This document shows positions 17,194 through 25,706 of a stretch of DNA of 27,657 nt, in pieces. Under the pieces are notes generated by a model. That model was not told the origin of the DNA, searched no databases, and was given only the letters and a program-made list of their open reading frames with translations. The translations under genes and the position numbers were made by a program. The stretch's first letter is position 1. Every line of letters starts with the position of its first letter. The stretch comes from a virus (taxonomy: Duplodnaviria > Heunggongvirae > Uroviricota > Caudoviricetes), in the IMG/VR virus record IMGVR_UViG_2703718778_000008. The stretch is one strand, 5' to 3'.

Positions 17194-17687
17194 CAGACCA
17201 GCTCCGCATAAATGCGGGTGACACCGCGTATGTCTGATATTGCCCAGCGGGCATCCCGCCACAAATCCTCAACCTGCATGTCCAGCGCGTCAGCCCTGCG
17301 GTCGCCTTTATCGGTGGTATCCACATCCCGGGTGCGCTCCAGTACAAACGCGCGGGTGAGTGCGAAAACGGCCCTGCGGTAGCGGTGGACGTGTACACTC
17401 TCTCCGTTCACCTGCGTGGCCGGAACGTCAGCCAGTGAGGCCGCGCCTTCAGCCATCCGCTCACGTTTCCAGAGCTCCAGTTCGGCGATCACATGGGCGA
17501 CCGCTTCCGTTGCTGCATGTAACAGACGGGTTGTTGTTGTCCTCCCCGGAATGCGGGAAGCCAGGCGAATTTCATGCAGTGAGATCGCCGGCCAGAAGTC
17601 ACCCGCGCTCACCATGGCGTCGCCGTCATCGGTGTCGGTGGTATCTGTGTCAGCGCTGTTCACGCGGGGTCTGGCTATCAGACTCAT
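17193..17687 (-). CDS. L: Head completion / stabilisation protein
   Basis: Size and position between M and X; sequence consistent with P2 gpL. Confidence 0.75.
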   Translation of the reverse strand: MSLIARPRVNSADTDTTDTDDGDAMVSAGDFWPAISLHEIRLASRIPGRTTTTRLLHAATEAVAHVIAELELWKRERMAEGAASLADVPATQVNGESVHVHRYRRAVFALTRAFVLERTRDVDTTDKGDRRADALDMQVEDLWRDARWAISDIRGVTRIYAELV

Positions 17688-17791
17688 GCCTGTCTCCGTA
17701 AAAATCAGGCGGTGGGCAACCGGTAAAAAGAACGCGAAGCCTGTTCAGATCACCGGTTGCGCCGCCTGCCGACGAGGTGCGGTTCGTTAAA

Positions 17792-18589
17792 TCAGTTTGT
17801 TTTGCGCGCGGCTTTTTTCTGGCTGGCAGCGCTTTTCTTTTTTGCGCTGCTCTTTTTCCCGCCGGTGGTGGTTTTCCTGCCCGTTGTGGATGCAGGCACC
17901 ACCTGATTTCCGTCTGCCAGTTTCCTGACCGCGCGCTCCAGCGTGGCAATTTCACGCTTCACTCCCGAAGCCGGATTGATCCGCATGGCTTCACGTAACA
18001 GGCTCAGCGACAGACGCAGATCATCGGGAGAGGAGGAGGCGCGGCGGGAAAATGCGCGTGCCTTGTGCAGTTTTGACCTGACCTGGTCCGGCATATCCTG
18101 CTCACTGACCAGGTGGTTCAGCTCATCAAGCATGGCGGTGTACACAGACAAATCCGCCTCGCTGTCCGTTGTGGCCTGCGTCAGAACGGCGTCAGTAATC
18201 TCTTCAGCCAGTACCGTGGCGGCGTCACGGCCAAAGTTATCCGGCAGCGCCAGACCATGGCGGATCACGTACTCCCCGATACGCAGTGCCAGCGGGTAGT
18301 CACGGCAGTCAATGGCCCACACCATCATGGTGGTGATGACCTCATCCTGGCGTCCGCTGTCTCCAGCCAGGGTGCCTTCAATCCACCCTTCAAAGTCAGG
18401 CAACAGATGTTTTTTAAGCTCTGCCCTGGCGACGTTTGACTGAATACCCTTCAGCTGCATCTGTGCCAGCCTTAACTGGTGAAGGACCTGTTCATGTGCG
18501 GTTCTTTCCCGTTGTGTTTCCCGGGCGTTCATGGTCACCCGGTTGCGGGCCACCGCCTGTTGCACATAGCGTTGTGCCGGTGTCAGCAT
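17792..18589 (-). CDS. M: Terminase endonuclease (small) subunit
   Basis: 265 aa ORF in the gpM position of the O-N-M-L head operon, with a Lys/Ser-rich basic C-terminal tail. Confidence 0.8.
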   Translation of the reverse strand: MLTPAQRYVQQAVARNRVTMNARETQRERTAHEQVLHQLRLAQMQLKGIQSNVARAELKKHLLPDFEGWIEGTLAGDSGRQDEVITTMMVWAIDCRDYPLALRIGEYVIRHGLALPDNFGRDAATVLAEEITDAVLTQATTDSEADLSVYTAMLDELNHLVSEQDMPDQVRSKLHKARAFSRRASSSPDDLRLSLSLLREAMRINPASGVKREIATLERAVRKLADGNQVVPASTTGRKTTTGGKKSSAKKKSAASQKKAARKTN

Positions 18590-18629
18590 TTCTCAGCTCC
18601 TGTTAACGGGCGCGGCGCGCCCGTCCGGG

Positions 18630-19730
18630 TTATGCTTCGGGTTGCGGCTGTCCGCTTTCGGCGTTGTTGTCCGGATCTTCACCTGCGAAGGTGATCCCCT
18701 CAATCAGCGCGCATTTTCCGTAGTCTTCCACCACGTAGCAGTCATTCATGGACTGGTAAGTCGCGATACGGTTGTATTCCGGCTCCTCGCGAATGAAACG
18801 GCGCAGTGAGCCTTTCTGGAAGTAGATCGACAGGTTTTTCAGCGACGTGATGAGCATGGCGTCTTTCGGGAAGTACGGCGCAAGATACGTCTGAAGACCA
18901 CCGACGGTACGGGACGCCACAATCAGCTGCCCGGCAACAAGCTCAGTGTTCGGGTTGGTGGTGCTGATGGCGTTAATCATGGGAAGACGCAGTGTATTGA
19001 ACAGATCCCGCCCCATCAGTACGACCAGATCCGGTGCGTCCTTATGCCATTCATCCAGCACGGATGAGCGGATGTCGTGCACCATGGCATCCGGGTTACC
19101 ATAGTCACCTTTTGCCACCAGTTTGTTTTCATCATCGCGACGGGTCAGGGTCATCCCTTTAACCACGCGGGTGGCAGCCTTGTCGCGGATGTGTTTCAGC
19201 CAGCCCGGGTTGACGTCCTGCAGGAGAGGGTTGGTGGCACGATCGGAAATCAGCGCGTGTGACTCCCCGTTGAAACCAATCATGATTCGATCCAGGGCTA
19301 CCTGGCGGGTGATTTGCGCGCTCAGCAGTTGCTGAAAGTTTTTCTGGCTGCTCCATGCGTCAATCTGTGCGTAGCTGATGAAGGTATCGTAGTTCACCTG
19401 CTCGCAGCGGTAACGGCGTGCATCCAGATCAGCAACTGATGCAGGATTGCGGCGTTTCACTCCGTCGCTCGTTGCGTTCGTGCTGGCAATGGGGCCGCTG
19501 GTGTCAATCAGGACTTTTTCACCTTCCTGGTCATCCACACCGATAAAATTGATTTCCTGTAACAGTCCGGCGCTTTCCTTGATGGCGTTCTCCATCTTCT
19601 GCTGAATGGATGGATCCACGCTGAAGGTTTTACCCAGGCGCTCTGTTGTGATACCAGCCAGCGATGCCTGCTGAATCATATAGCGTTCCAGACTGTCACG
19701 TCCTTCACGGGAAAGGGATAAACGGGCCAT
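18630..19730 (-). CDS. N: Major capsid protein
   Basis: 366 aa; position between O and M; sequence strongly reminiscent of P2 gpN. Confidence 0.9.
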   Translation of the reverse strand: MARLSLSREGRDSLERYMIQQASLAGITTERLGKTFSVDPSIQQKMENAIKESAGLLQEINFIGVDDQEGEKVLIDTSGPIASTNATSDGVKRRNPASVADLDARRYRCEQVNYDTFISYAQIDAWSSQKNFQQLLSAQITRQVALDRIMIGFNGESHALISDRATNPLLQDVNPGWLKHIRDKAATRVVKGMTLTRRDDENKLVAKGDYGNPDAMVHDIRSSVLDEWHKDAPDLVVLMGRDLFNTLRLPMINAISTTNPNTELVAGQLIVASRTVGGLQTYLAPYFPKDAMLITSLKNLSIYFQKGSLRRFIREEPEYNRIATYQSMNDCYVVEDYGKCALIEGITFAGEDPDNNAESGQPQPEA

Positions 19731-19747
19731 AAATTACTCTTCTCCTG

Positions 19748-20584
19748 TCAGAATTCAGCCAGTGTCTGGTCAGTGCCGCCAGCGGAAGTAAAACGCTGCT
19801 GTGGATCGGCATCCTGGTTTCTCAGTTGCGCTTTCAGTGCTGCAAGCTCGAGACTGAGCTCATCCAGCGCCGTTTTGTCGAGGGCATGTTTCTGCTCCAG
19901 AGTGCTGAAACGGTCGATAAGATCTGCATGATCGGATGCGATGTTTTCCACAACGTCGCGCAGCTGGCTGAACTGCTCGCCATCCGCTGTGCGTGTTTTG
20001 CTGATGAGTGCCATGACGCGGCTGAACCACTGACGGCTCTCTTCCGTTCGCTGTTCTGTGGTGGTAAGCATCTCTGCTTCCATGGCGACGGTGAACATGG
20101 GGGGTTCTGTTGTGCACTTACTGAACTGCATGATGCTGGCGCGTTGCTGTGCGGCAAACTCCAGGCGTTCAGTGCCCAGACTTGCTGGCGTGTCGGTCAT
20201 TGCCAGACCCACAATGTAAGGCCCCTTGACGGCGTCCAGCTCAGGCAACATCTCAATGCTCGAATACACTTTTTTCCCGTCAGCAATCATGTTTTTCATG
20301 CGGTCGGTGGGTTCAATTTCGGCATATAACGCTGTACGCCCTGCCAGTTTCCCTTCGGTGATTTCATCAGTTGACAGAGCGATCAGATCACCCACTGCGC
20401 AGAGTTCACTGGATGGCCACATCGAAAGGACGTGCTCAATGTTCACCCGGGAGGCGTAAACGGACGGGTCATAGTTTTCTGCGGCCTGACGCAGCATTTC
20501 ACCAGAAATTTCACGTCCGTCGATGGTTGAACCGGAAACGGCAACGCGAAATTTTTTGCGCTCTGGCGTGTTTTTGCTTCCCAT
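19748..20584 (-). CDS. O: Capsid scaffolding protein
   Basis: gpO-like ORF upstream of N. Start at internal ATG 20584 (MGSKNTPERKKFRVAVSG...) with GGAG upstream. Confidence 0.8.
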   Translation of the reverse strand: MGSKNTPERKKFRVAVSGSTIDGREISGEMLRQAAENYDPSVYASRVNIEHVLSMWPSSELCAVGDLIALSTDEITEGKLAGRTALYAEIEPTDRMKNMIADGKKVYSSIEMLPELDAVKGPYIVGLAMTDTPASLGTERLEFAAQQRASIMQFSKCTTEPPMFTVAMEAEMLTTTEQRTEESRQWFSRVMALISKTRTADGEQFSQLRDVVENIASDHADLIDRFSTLEQKHALDKTALDELSLELAALKAQLRNQDADPQQRFTSAGGTDQTLAEF

Positions 20585-20739
20585 GGAAATTCTCCATAAC
20601 CTGGTCGTTTTTCCCATGATGGCGGCAGATAACGGTGTGTCTCAAGGTGCTTAAGTTGTATGGCGACGGGGACAACGCGGGCTGGTATCAGGCGGTATTG
20701 CTGAGGCTTAATCTTGCCCTGTTAATGTCAGGGGGTGCA
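20585..20739. promoter_or_regulatory. Divergent late promoter region between O and P (expected PO / PP, Ogr-dependent)
   Basis: Non-coding gap between divergent head and terminase operons; contains a partial dyad TGT-N13-ACA (about 20657-20675). Confidence 0.45.
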
Positions 20740-22473
20740 ATGATCCAGGATGTCTTTATTCGTATGCGGGCGAAACAGCTTTACTGGCAGGGGTATACCC
20801 CGGCGGATATCGCTCAGCTGATGGGAATAAACCAGAACACGATTTATTCGTGGAAAAAACGCGATGAGTGGGATGCCACTCCCCCGATCCAGCGGGTCAC
20901 CCAGTCCATTGATGCACGCCTGATACAGCTCACCGCCAAACCGGATAAAAGCGGCGGTGACTTTAAGGAAATTGACCTGCTGACGCGCCAGCTGAAAAAA
21001 CTGAATGACGGTCAGGGAGAACAGGCTGTTTCCGGTAAGAAGCCCCGCAGGCGCAAACTGAAAAATCACTTCACCGAAGAGCAGATTGTCGCTCTCAGGG
21101 AAAAAATCCTGCCGTCACTGGCCTGGCATCAGCGCGAATGGTACGACAACCGCCATCACCGCAACCGCATGATCCTGAAGTCGCGTCAGATTGGTGCGAC
21201 CTGGTATTTTGCGCGCGAAGCACTCCTTGATGCACTGCGTGATGATGTCTCCGCCGGGTACCAGCGCAACCAGATATTTTTGTCCGCATCCCGTCGCCAG
21301 GCGTATCAGTTCAAACACTTTATTCAGCAGGCGGCGCTGGAAGTTGATGTCGAACTGAAAGGGGGTGACAAGATTGTTTTGTCTAACGGTGCAGAGCTTC
21401 ACTTCCTTGGCACATCGGCAGCAACCGCTCAGTCGTATACCGGACACCTTAAATTTGATGAATTTTTCTGGGTCAGTAATTTTGTGCAGTTGCGAAAGGT
21501 GGCTGGCGCAATGGCAACCCTGAAAGGCCTTACCCGTACCTACTTTTCAACGCCATCGGGTGAAACGCATGAAGCTTATCAGTTCTGGACGGGGGATCGC
21601 TGGAACAGTGAGCGTCCCCGCTCAAAACGCACTGAATTCGATGTGTCTCATTCGAACCTGAAAGGGGGCGTGCTCTTCCCGGATAAAACATGGCGGCAGA
21701 TTGTCACCATTGAGGATGCAGTCGCGAACGGGTGGGAATATACGAGCATTGACGATATCCGGGATGAAAACACCGAAAGCGAATTTCGTAACCTGTACAT
21801 GTGCGAGTTCGTGCGTGATGGCGAGGCGGCGTTCAGTCTGAATGCGCTGATCGGCTGTGGTGTGGATGGATACGACGAATGGCCTGACTGGAAACCTTTT
21901 GCTGCGCGTCCGATGGGCGTGCGGGAAGTCTGGCTCGGGTACGACGCCAACGGCAGCAGCGGGAAGGGGGACTGCGGGGCGCTGTCGGTCTGCGTACCTC
22001 CACGGGTTACAGGCGGTCGTTTTCGTACCGTGGAGACGGTCAGGGTGCAGGGTATGGAGTTTGAACAGCAGGCGGCCCTGATTGAGGAATACACCCAAAA
22101 ATATAACGTGAAACATATCGGCATTGATGTGACCGGCGGGAACGGGGAGGGGGTTTATCAGATTGTGAAAAAGTTTTTCCCGATGGCCGTACCGTACAAC
22201 TTCAATATCGCCTCCAAGCGGGCACTGGTCATGAAAATGCTTCAGGTGGTGCGTGCCGGACGCTGGGAGTATGACCGCAGTGAACGTGACCTGATCCAGG
22301 CATTCGCATCGGTGCGAAAAATACAGACACCCGGCGGCTATATCACCTATGACACCGACCGCTCCCGCGGTGTGAGTCATGGGGATCTTGCCTGGGCAAC
22401 CATGCTTGCTGTTATCAATGAGCCAATTGGTGCGGAGCGTGAGGATAATCGCGGCTTTGCAATGGAGTTCTGA
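20740..22473 (+). CDS. P: Terminase ATPase (large) subunit
   Basis: About 577 aa matching P2 gpP in position and size. Start at ATG 20740 (GGGGGT upstream); ATG 20725 is an alternative. Confidence 0.85.
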   Translation: MIQDVFIRMRAKQLYWQGYTPADIAQLMGINQNTIYSWKKRDEWDATPPIQRVTQSIDARLIQLTAKPDKSGGDFKEIDLLTRQLKKLNDGQGEQAVSGKKPRRRKLKNHFTEEQIVALREKILPSLAWHQREWYDNRHHRNRMILKSRQIGATWYFAREALLDALRDDVSAGYQRNQIFLSASRRQAYQFKHFIQQAALEVDVELKGGDKIVLSNGAELHFLGTSAATAQSYTGHLKFDEFFWVSNFVQLRKVAGAMATLKGLTRTYFSTPSGETHEAYQFWTGDRWNSERPRSKRTEFDVSHSNLKGGVLFPDKTWRQIVTIEDAVANGWEYTSIDDIRDENTESEFRNLYMCEFVRDGEAAFSLNALIGCGVDGYDEWPDWKPFAARPMGVREVWLGYDANGSSGKGDCGALSVCVPPRVTGGRFRTVETVRVQGMEFEQQAALIEEYTQKYNVKHIGIDVTGGNGEGVYQIVKKFFPMAVPYNFNIASKRALVMKMLQVVRAGRWEYDRSERDLIQAFASVRKIQTPGGYITYDTDRSRGVSHGDLAWATMLAVINEPIGAEREDNRGFAMEF

Positions 22474-22478
22474 ACACA

Positions 22479-23522
22479 ATGAGTAAACGCAAAAAATACA
22501 CCGGAAAGCGGGGGCAGGATTCGCTACACGATGCACTGAAATCAACGCCTGCACTCAGCGCATTCACCTTTGATGGGCCCTATGAAGTCAGCCGCATGGA
22601 TCTCCTGGATAACATGTCATGTGCAGATAACGGGCGCTACTTTGATACCCCCATGGACTGGAACGCTATCGCCCGTGCATCCCGTCGTGCGTCCTGGCAT
22701 CAGTCGGCTTTGTACTTCAAGCGCAACGCCCTGAACGGGTGCTTTGTTCCTCACCCTCTGCTGTCCCGCCAGGCGTTTTCAGCCTTTGCGCTCGACTGGT
22801 TTGTGTTTGGTAATGCCTATCTTGAAGTGCGGCGTAACAGGCTGGGGGAACCACTCCTGCTTCGCCCGGCACTGGCAAAATATACACGCAGGGGAAGTGA
22901 CCTGGATACCTACTGGTATCTCAACGACGACGGTACGGAGTTCAGTTTCAGGAAAGGGACTGTGTGCCACGTGCTTAATCCTGATATTAATCAGGAGATC
23001 TACGGGATGCCGGAATATATCGGCGGGTTGCTGTCTGTCAGCCTGTCAAACTCAGCGGATACATTCCGCAAGCTCTACTACGATAACGGCTCGCATGCCG
23101 GGTGTATTATCTATGTAGGCACACCTCAGGCGAATGCGGAAAGTGTCGAGGCCATTAAAAAAACGCTTACGGATTCCCGTGGTCGCGGGGCGTTTAAAAA
23201 CCTGTTTCTTCATGCGCCGGGTGGTGGCAAGGATGGTGTGCAAATACTGCCGTTCCAGCAGATAACCGCAAAGGATGAATTCCTGAACATCAAGGGGAGC
23301 GCCCGCGACGATATCCTTGCTGCCCATCGTGTACCACCTCAACTGATGGGGGCAATGCCTGACGGGAATGCGGCGTTTGGTGACGTTGAGAAAGCGGCGA
23401 GGGTGTTTTTCATCAACGAGTTGCAACCTGTCATGGAGGCCATGAAGCATGTCAATGAATGGCTTGGCGTTGAGGTGATGCGCTTTAACCCCTATGCCCT
23501 GCTTCTGGATAACGCCAGCTGA
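22479..23522 (+). CDS. Q: Portal protein
   Basis: 347 aa directly downstream of P; sequence reminiscent of P2 gpQ. Confidence 0.9.
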   Translation: MSKRKKYTGKRGQDSLHDALKSTPALSAFTFDGPYEVSRMDLLDNMSCADNGRYFDTPMDWNAIARASRRASWHQSALYFKRNALNGCFVPHPLLSRQAFSAFALDWFVFGNAYLEVRRNRLGEPLLLRPALAKYTRRGSDLDTYWYLNDDGTEFSFRKGTVCHVLNPDINQEIYGMPEYIGGLLSVSLSNSADTFRKLYYDNGSHAGCIIYVGTPQANAESVEAIKKTLTDSRGRGAFKNLFLHAPGGGKDGVQILPFQQITAKDEFLNIKGSARDDILAAHRVPPQLMGAMPDGNAAFGDVEKAARVFFINELQPVMEAMKHVNEWLGVEVMRFNPYALLLDNAS

Positions 23523-23548
23523 CGCGCTTCGCTTGTCTGCTGCTTCGC

Positions 23549-23573
23549 CGGGGCATAAAAAATTTATGCCCCG
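23549..23573. terminator. Perfect 11-bp stem-loop between convergent Q and the hotspot ORF; candidate bidirectional terminator
   Basis: CGGGGCATAAA (23549-23559) / TTTATGCCCCG (23563-23573). No clear U-run on either side. Confidence 0.45.
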
Positions 23574-23587
23574 ACTCTCCAGCTCTC

Positions 23588-24091
23588 TTAACGGAATGCG
23601 GATGGCGTTCTTCTTTGCAGCTTGCTGATAATATGCATCTTCATACTGTTTACTATCGGCAGCCATTCCCTGTCACCGTCTCCGTTGATGACCACGCGAA
23701 TGGAGGTATCATCTTCCACGCGAACCCGAAGAGATACACCGTCTTTTCCGACGGAATGTAACTCCATTGCCAGGACTATGTTTACCGACTCTCCTTCATC
23801 GTGTGAGTCAACCCATGTTCTTACAGCCATCCGGAATATGTTATCTGTGTCGGTTGCAATCATATTTACCGGAAATGGCCTGAAGTCCCGATCGTTTCTG
23901 CACGGAAACCCCGTATCAACGTAACGATGATGCTCGCCGTCTTTGTCTTCCCATGTCTCTGAAGGCAATTCCAGCCACTGCTCATAAAAAGCAACCAGCT
24001 TTTCAGCCTGATTGCGCAGAATCCCTGTAACCTCCCGCCTCGCGTCCCGGCTCTTTTTGTTTGCCAGGTACAAATCGCGAAAATGGCTCAT
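23588..24091 (-). CDS. Hypothetical protein (167 aa), accessory hotspot gene
   Basis: Strong RBS (AAGGAG 6 nt upstream of ATG 24091). Acidic, no transmembrane segment, no motif I can assign. Confidence 0.6.
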   Translation of the reverse strand: MSHFRDLYLANKKSRDARREVTGILRNQAEKLVAFYEQWLELPSETWEDKDGEHHRYVDTGFPCRNDRDFRPFPVNMIATDTDNIFRMAVRTWVDSHDEGESVNIVLAMELHSVGKDGVSLRVRVEDDTSIRVVINGDGDREWLPIVNSMKMHIISKLQRRTPSAFR

Positions 24092-24711
24092 GTCGCTCTC
24101 CTTTGGTCTGTTTATGCCAGCCTGTATTCTGCGCTCACCTCATATTGTGCGCAAGTTTTCACCCGTGAATGACTGATACTTTAAATTCTATTAACTTTAT
24201 GATTTCAGTGATTTTTGTCTCTCTTTTTTATCCCGTTCGTCACGTCCGTTTCCCTCCCGATCTCCGACCTCGCCAGACGCAATCAGACGCATTCTGACGG
24301 CCTGTTTCCCTGACCATGTTTTGATGTGGTTTTTCAAAACTGGCTTCACTGCGCGCGTATCACGCGCAATACGACCCCAAATAAAGCAACCTGCCTTCCA
24401 CCCCTCAATTCGGGCGCCCTTCCCTCGTCGCCTGCGCGCTGCAATTGCCTCGTTTTTCGTGCACCGTGCAAAGTGGCTTCAGCCCGCGCCGTTACTGGGC
24501 TGAGTGGGGATGAAACACATAAGAAAAATTGTGCAATTTCGTGCACTTTTGTGCAGTTTGAAACGGGTATCTGTTTGACACTGGTACTTACTTTGCGCTA
24601 ACTTTACTCGACCAGAAATTTCAATGAATCGGATGAGGTTGTTTGTCATACGACCTCGGTTAGCTAGGTTGCCTTAATCAAAAGGCATGTTTGATACTGG
24701 AGGAGGTTAAT

Positions 24712-24747
24712 ATGAATAAAGCATTTGACGAATTTGATGGATTCTGA
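24712..24747 (+). CDS. Candidate leader peptide (11 aa, MNKAFDEFDGF)
   Basis: Near-perfect RBS GGAGGAGG (24699-24706) 5 nt before the ATG; followed 20 nt later by an intrinsic terminator. Confidence 0.3.
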   Translation: MNKAFDEFDGF

Positions 24748-24766
24748 ATGTGTTAACCTCGATAAG

Positions 24767-24795
24767 GCGGAGACTGATCTCCGCCTTTTTTATTG
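24767..24795 (+). terminator. Intrinsic terminator / candidate attenuator immediately upstream of the hotspot gene at 24806
   Basis: GGCGGAG (24767-24773) / CTCCGCC (24780-24786), loop ACTGAT, followed by TTTTTTATT. Confidence 0.65.
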
Positions 24796-24805
24796 GTAAA
24801 GAAAT

Positions 24806-25309
24806 ATGGCTATGGACTCAGTAACGATACAAATCATTAGCAATATGATAGTCCTGTTTGGTGTCATTGTTGCTATCTGTACAATTATCTATAACGTTCG
24901 TACGGCAAAAAAAACACAAACCGCTAATTTTTTATTTGAAAGTCGCCAGGATAAGGAATACCTGGAATCATTACATCTCCTCAGGAGAATTCATCGCTCA
25001 GGGAAATCGTTTCGTGCTTATGTTTTTCCTTGTGAAGGCGGGGCTATTACGGAAGAGGAGATGACCGAACGTCGCAAGTTTCAGTACATTCTTAACTTTT
25101 ACGAGAGAGTTGCAGTTAGTATCCGTGAAGGTATTTATGATGAAAGGATGATCAAACGAACGTCCTTTACAACGATTATTACAACTTATGATATTGCAGA
25201 ACCCCTGATTAAGGCTATCAGAGAAGATACTCAATCAAAAACAGCGTACCAGGAGTTTGAATGGCTGGTAAAACGATGGAAAGCTCGTCCTCTTGATAGG
25301 GATGTGTAG
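24806..25309 (+). CDS. Hypothetical membrane-anchored protein (167 aa), AT-rich accessory hotspot gene
   Basis: Markedly lower GC by eye than surrounding phage genes. N-terminal hydrophobic helix IQIISNMIVLFGVIVAICTIIY followed by a charged soluble domain; no recognisable catalytic motif. Confidence 0.6.
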   Translation: MAMDSVTIQIISNMIVLFGVIVAICTIIYNVRTAKKTQTANFLFESRQDKEYLESLHLLRRIHRSGKSFRAYVFPCEGGAITEEEMTERRKFQYILNFYERVAVSIREGIYDERMIKRTSFTTIITTYDIAEPLIKAIREDTQSKTAYQEFEWLVKRWKARPLDRDV

Positions 25310-25324
25310 TTTATTTCTTGCATT

Positions 25325-25351
25325 AGAGCGAGGTTATTGGTGCCTCGCTCT
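25325..25351. terminator. Stem-loop between convergent genes, candidate terminator
   Basis: AGAGCGAGG (25325-25333) / CCTCGCTCT (25343-25351), 9-nt loop. Confidence 0.4.
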
Positions 25352-25356
25352 TTAAA

Positions 25357-25674
25357 TTATCGAGCCGTTCTTGCGCTCATGATGCTTTGCGCCAGCAACT
25401 GCCAGCCCTCTTTCTGTTGCCCGCGCTTGTCCTGATACCTGTTTACCTGCAAGTTTCCGTGCACCAGAATCAGATCGCCTTTTCTGTGTTTTGCCAGTTC
25501 TTCGTGCTGCTTCCCGAATGCAATAAGGTAAAGCCACATTGTGGTTGGCTGTTCTGCGCCATGGCAGGGTAGTGATACCGCCAGTTGTGCCGTTGTGACG
25601 TTGGTTCCTTTGGTTGTTCTCCTTGTGTTCGGGTCTGCTGCCAGTCGTCCCTCTGTTGCAACCTGTGTTGGCAT
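25357..25674 (-). CDS. Short SSB-like OB-fold protein (105 aa)
   Basis: ...MWLYLIAFGKQHEELAKHRKGDLILVHGNLQVNRYQDKRGQQKEGWQ... parallels the E. coli SSB core (...[42 protein letters not shown]...); lacks the acidic C-terminal tail. GGGAGA upstream of ATG. Confidence 0.5.
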   Translation of the reverse strand: MPTQVATEGRLAADPNTRRTTKGTNVTTAQLAVSLPCHGAEQPTTMWLYLIAFGKQHEELAKHRKGDLILVHGNLQVNRYQDKRGQQKEGWQLLAQSIMSARTAR

Positions 25675-25706
25675 ATTTGTCTCCCGTGTTGGTTTTATTG
25701 TTGGGG

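Noticed and set aside
17688-17791. 104 bp gap between L and M as a possible inserted element or promoter
   Set aside because: Too short to hold a gene; no convincing hairpin or promoter seen. Probably ordinary intergenic spacing.
13862-22554. Antisense or overlapping ORFs within the esterase, lysis, head, terminase and portal genes (for example 13862-14158, 16303-16794, 17360-17701, 17650-17955, 19826-20329, 21622-22554, 23052-23666)
   Set aside because: Same reasoning: embedded in confidently assigned genes, no independent start signals noted.
24031-24050. CCTCCCGCCTCGCG, resembling the reverse complement of the P2 cohesive-end core
   Set aside because: Lies inside the coding region of the 23588-24091 ORF and matches only partially; cannot be called cos without an alignment or end mapping.
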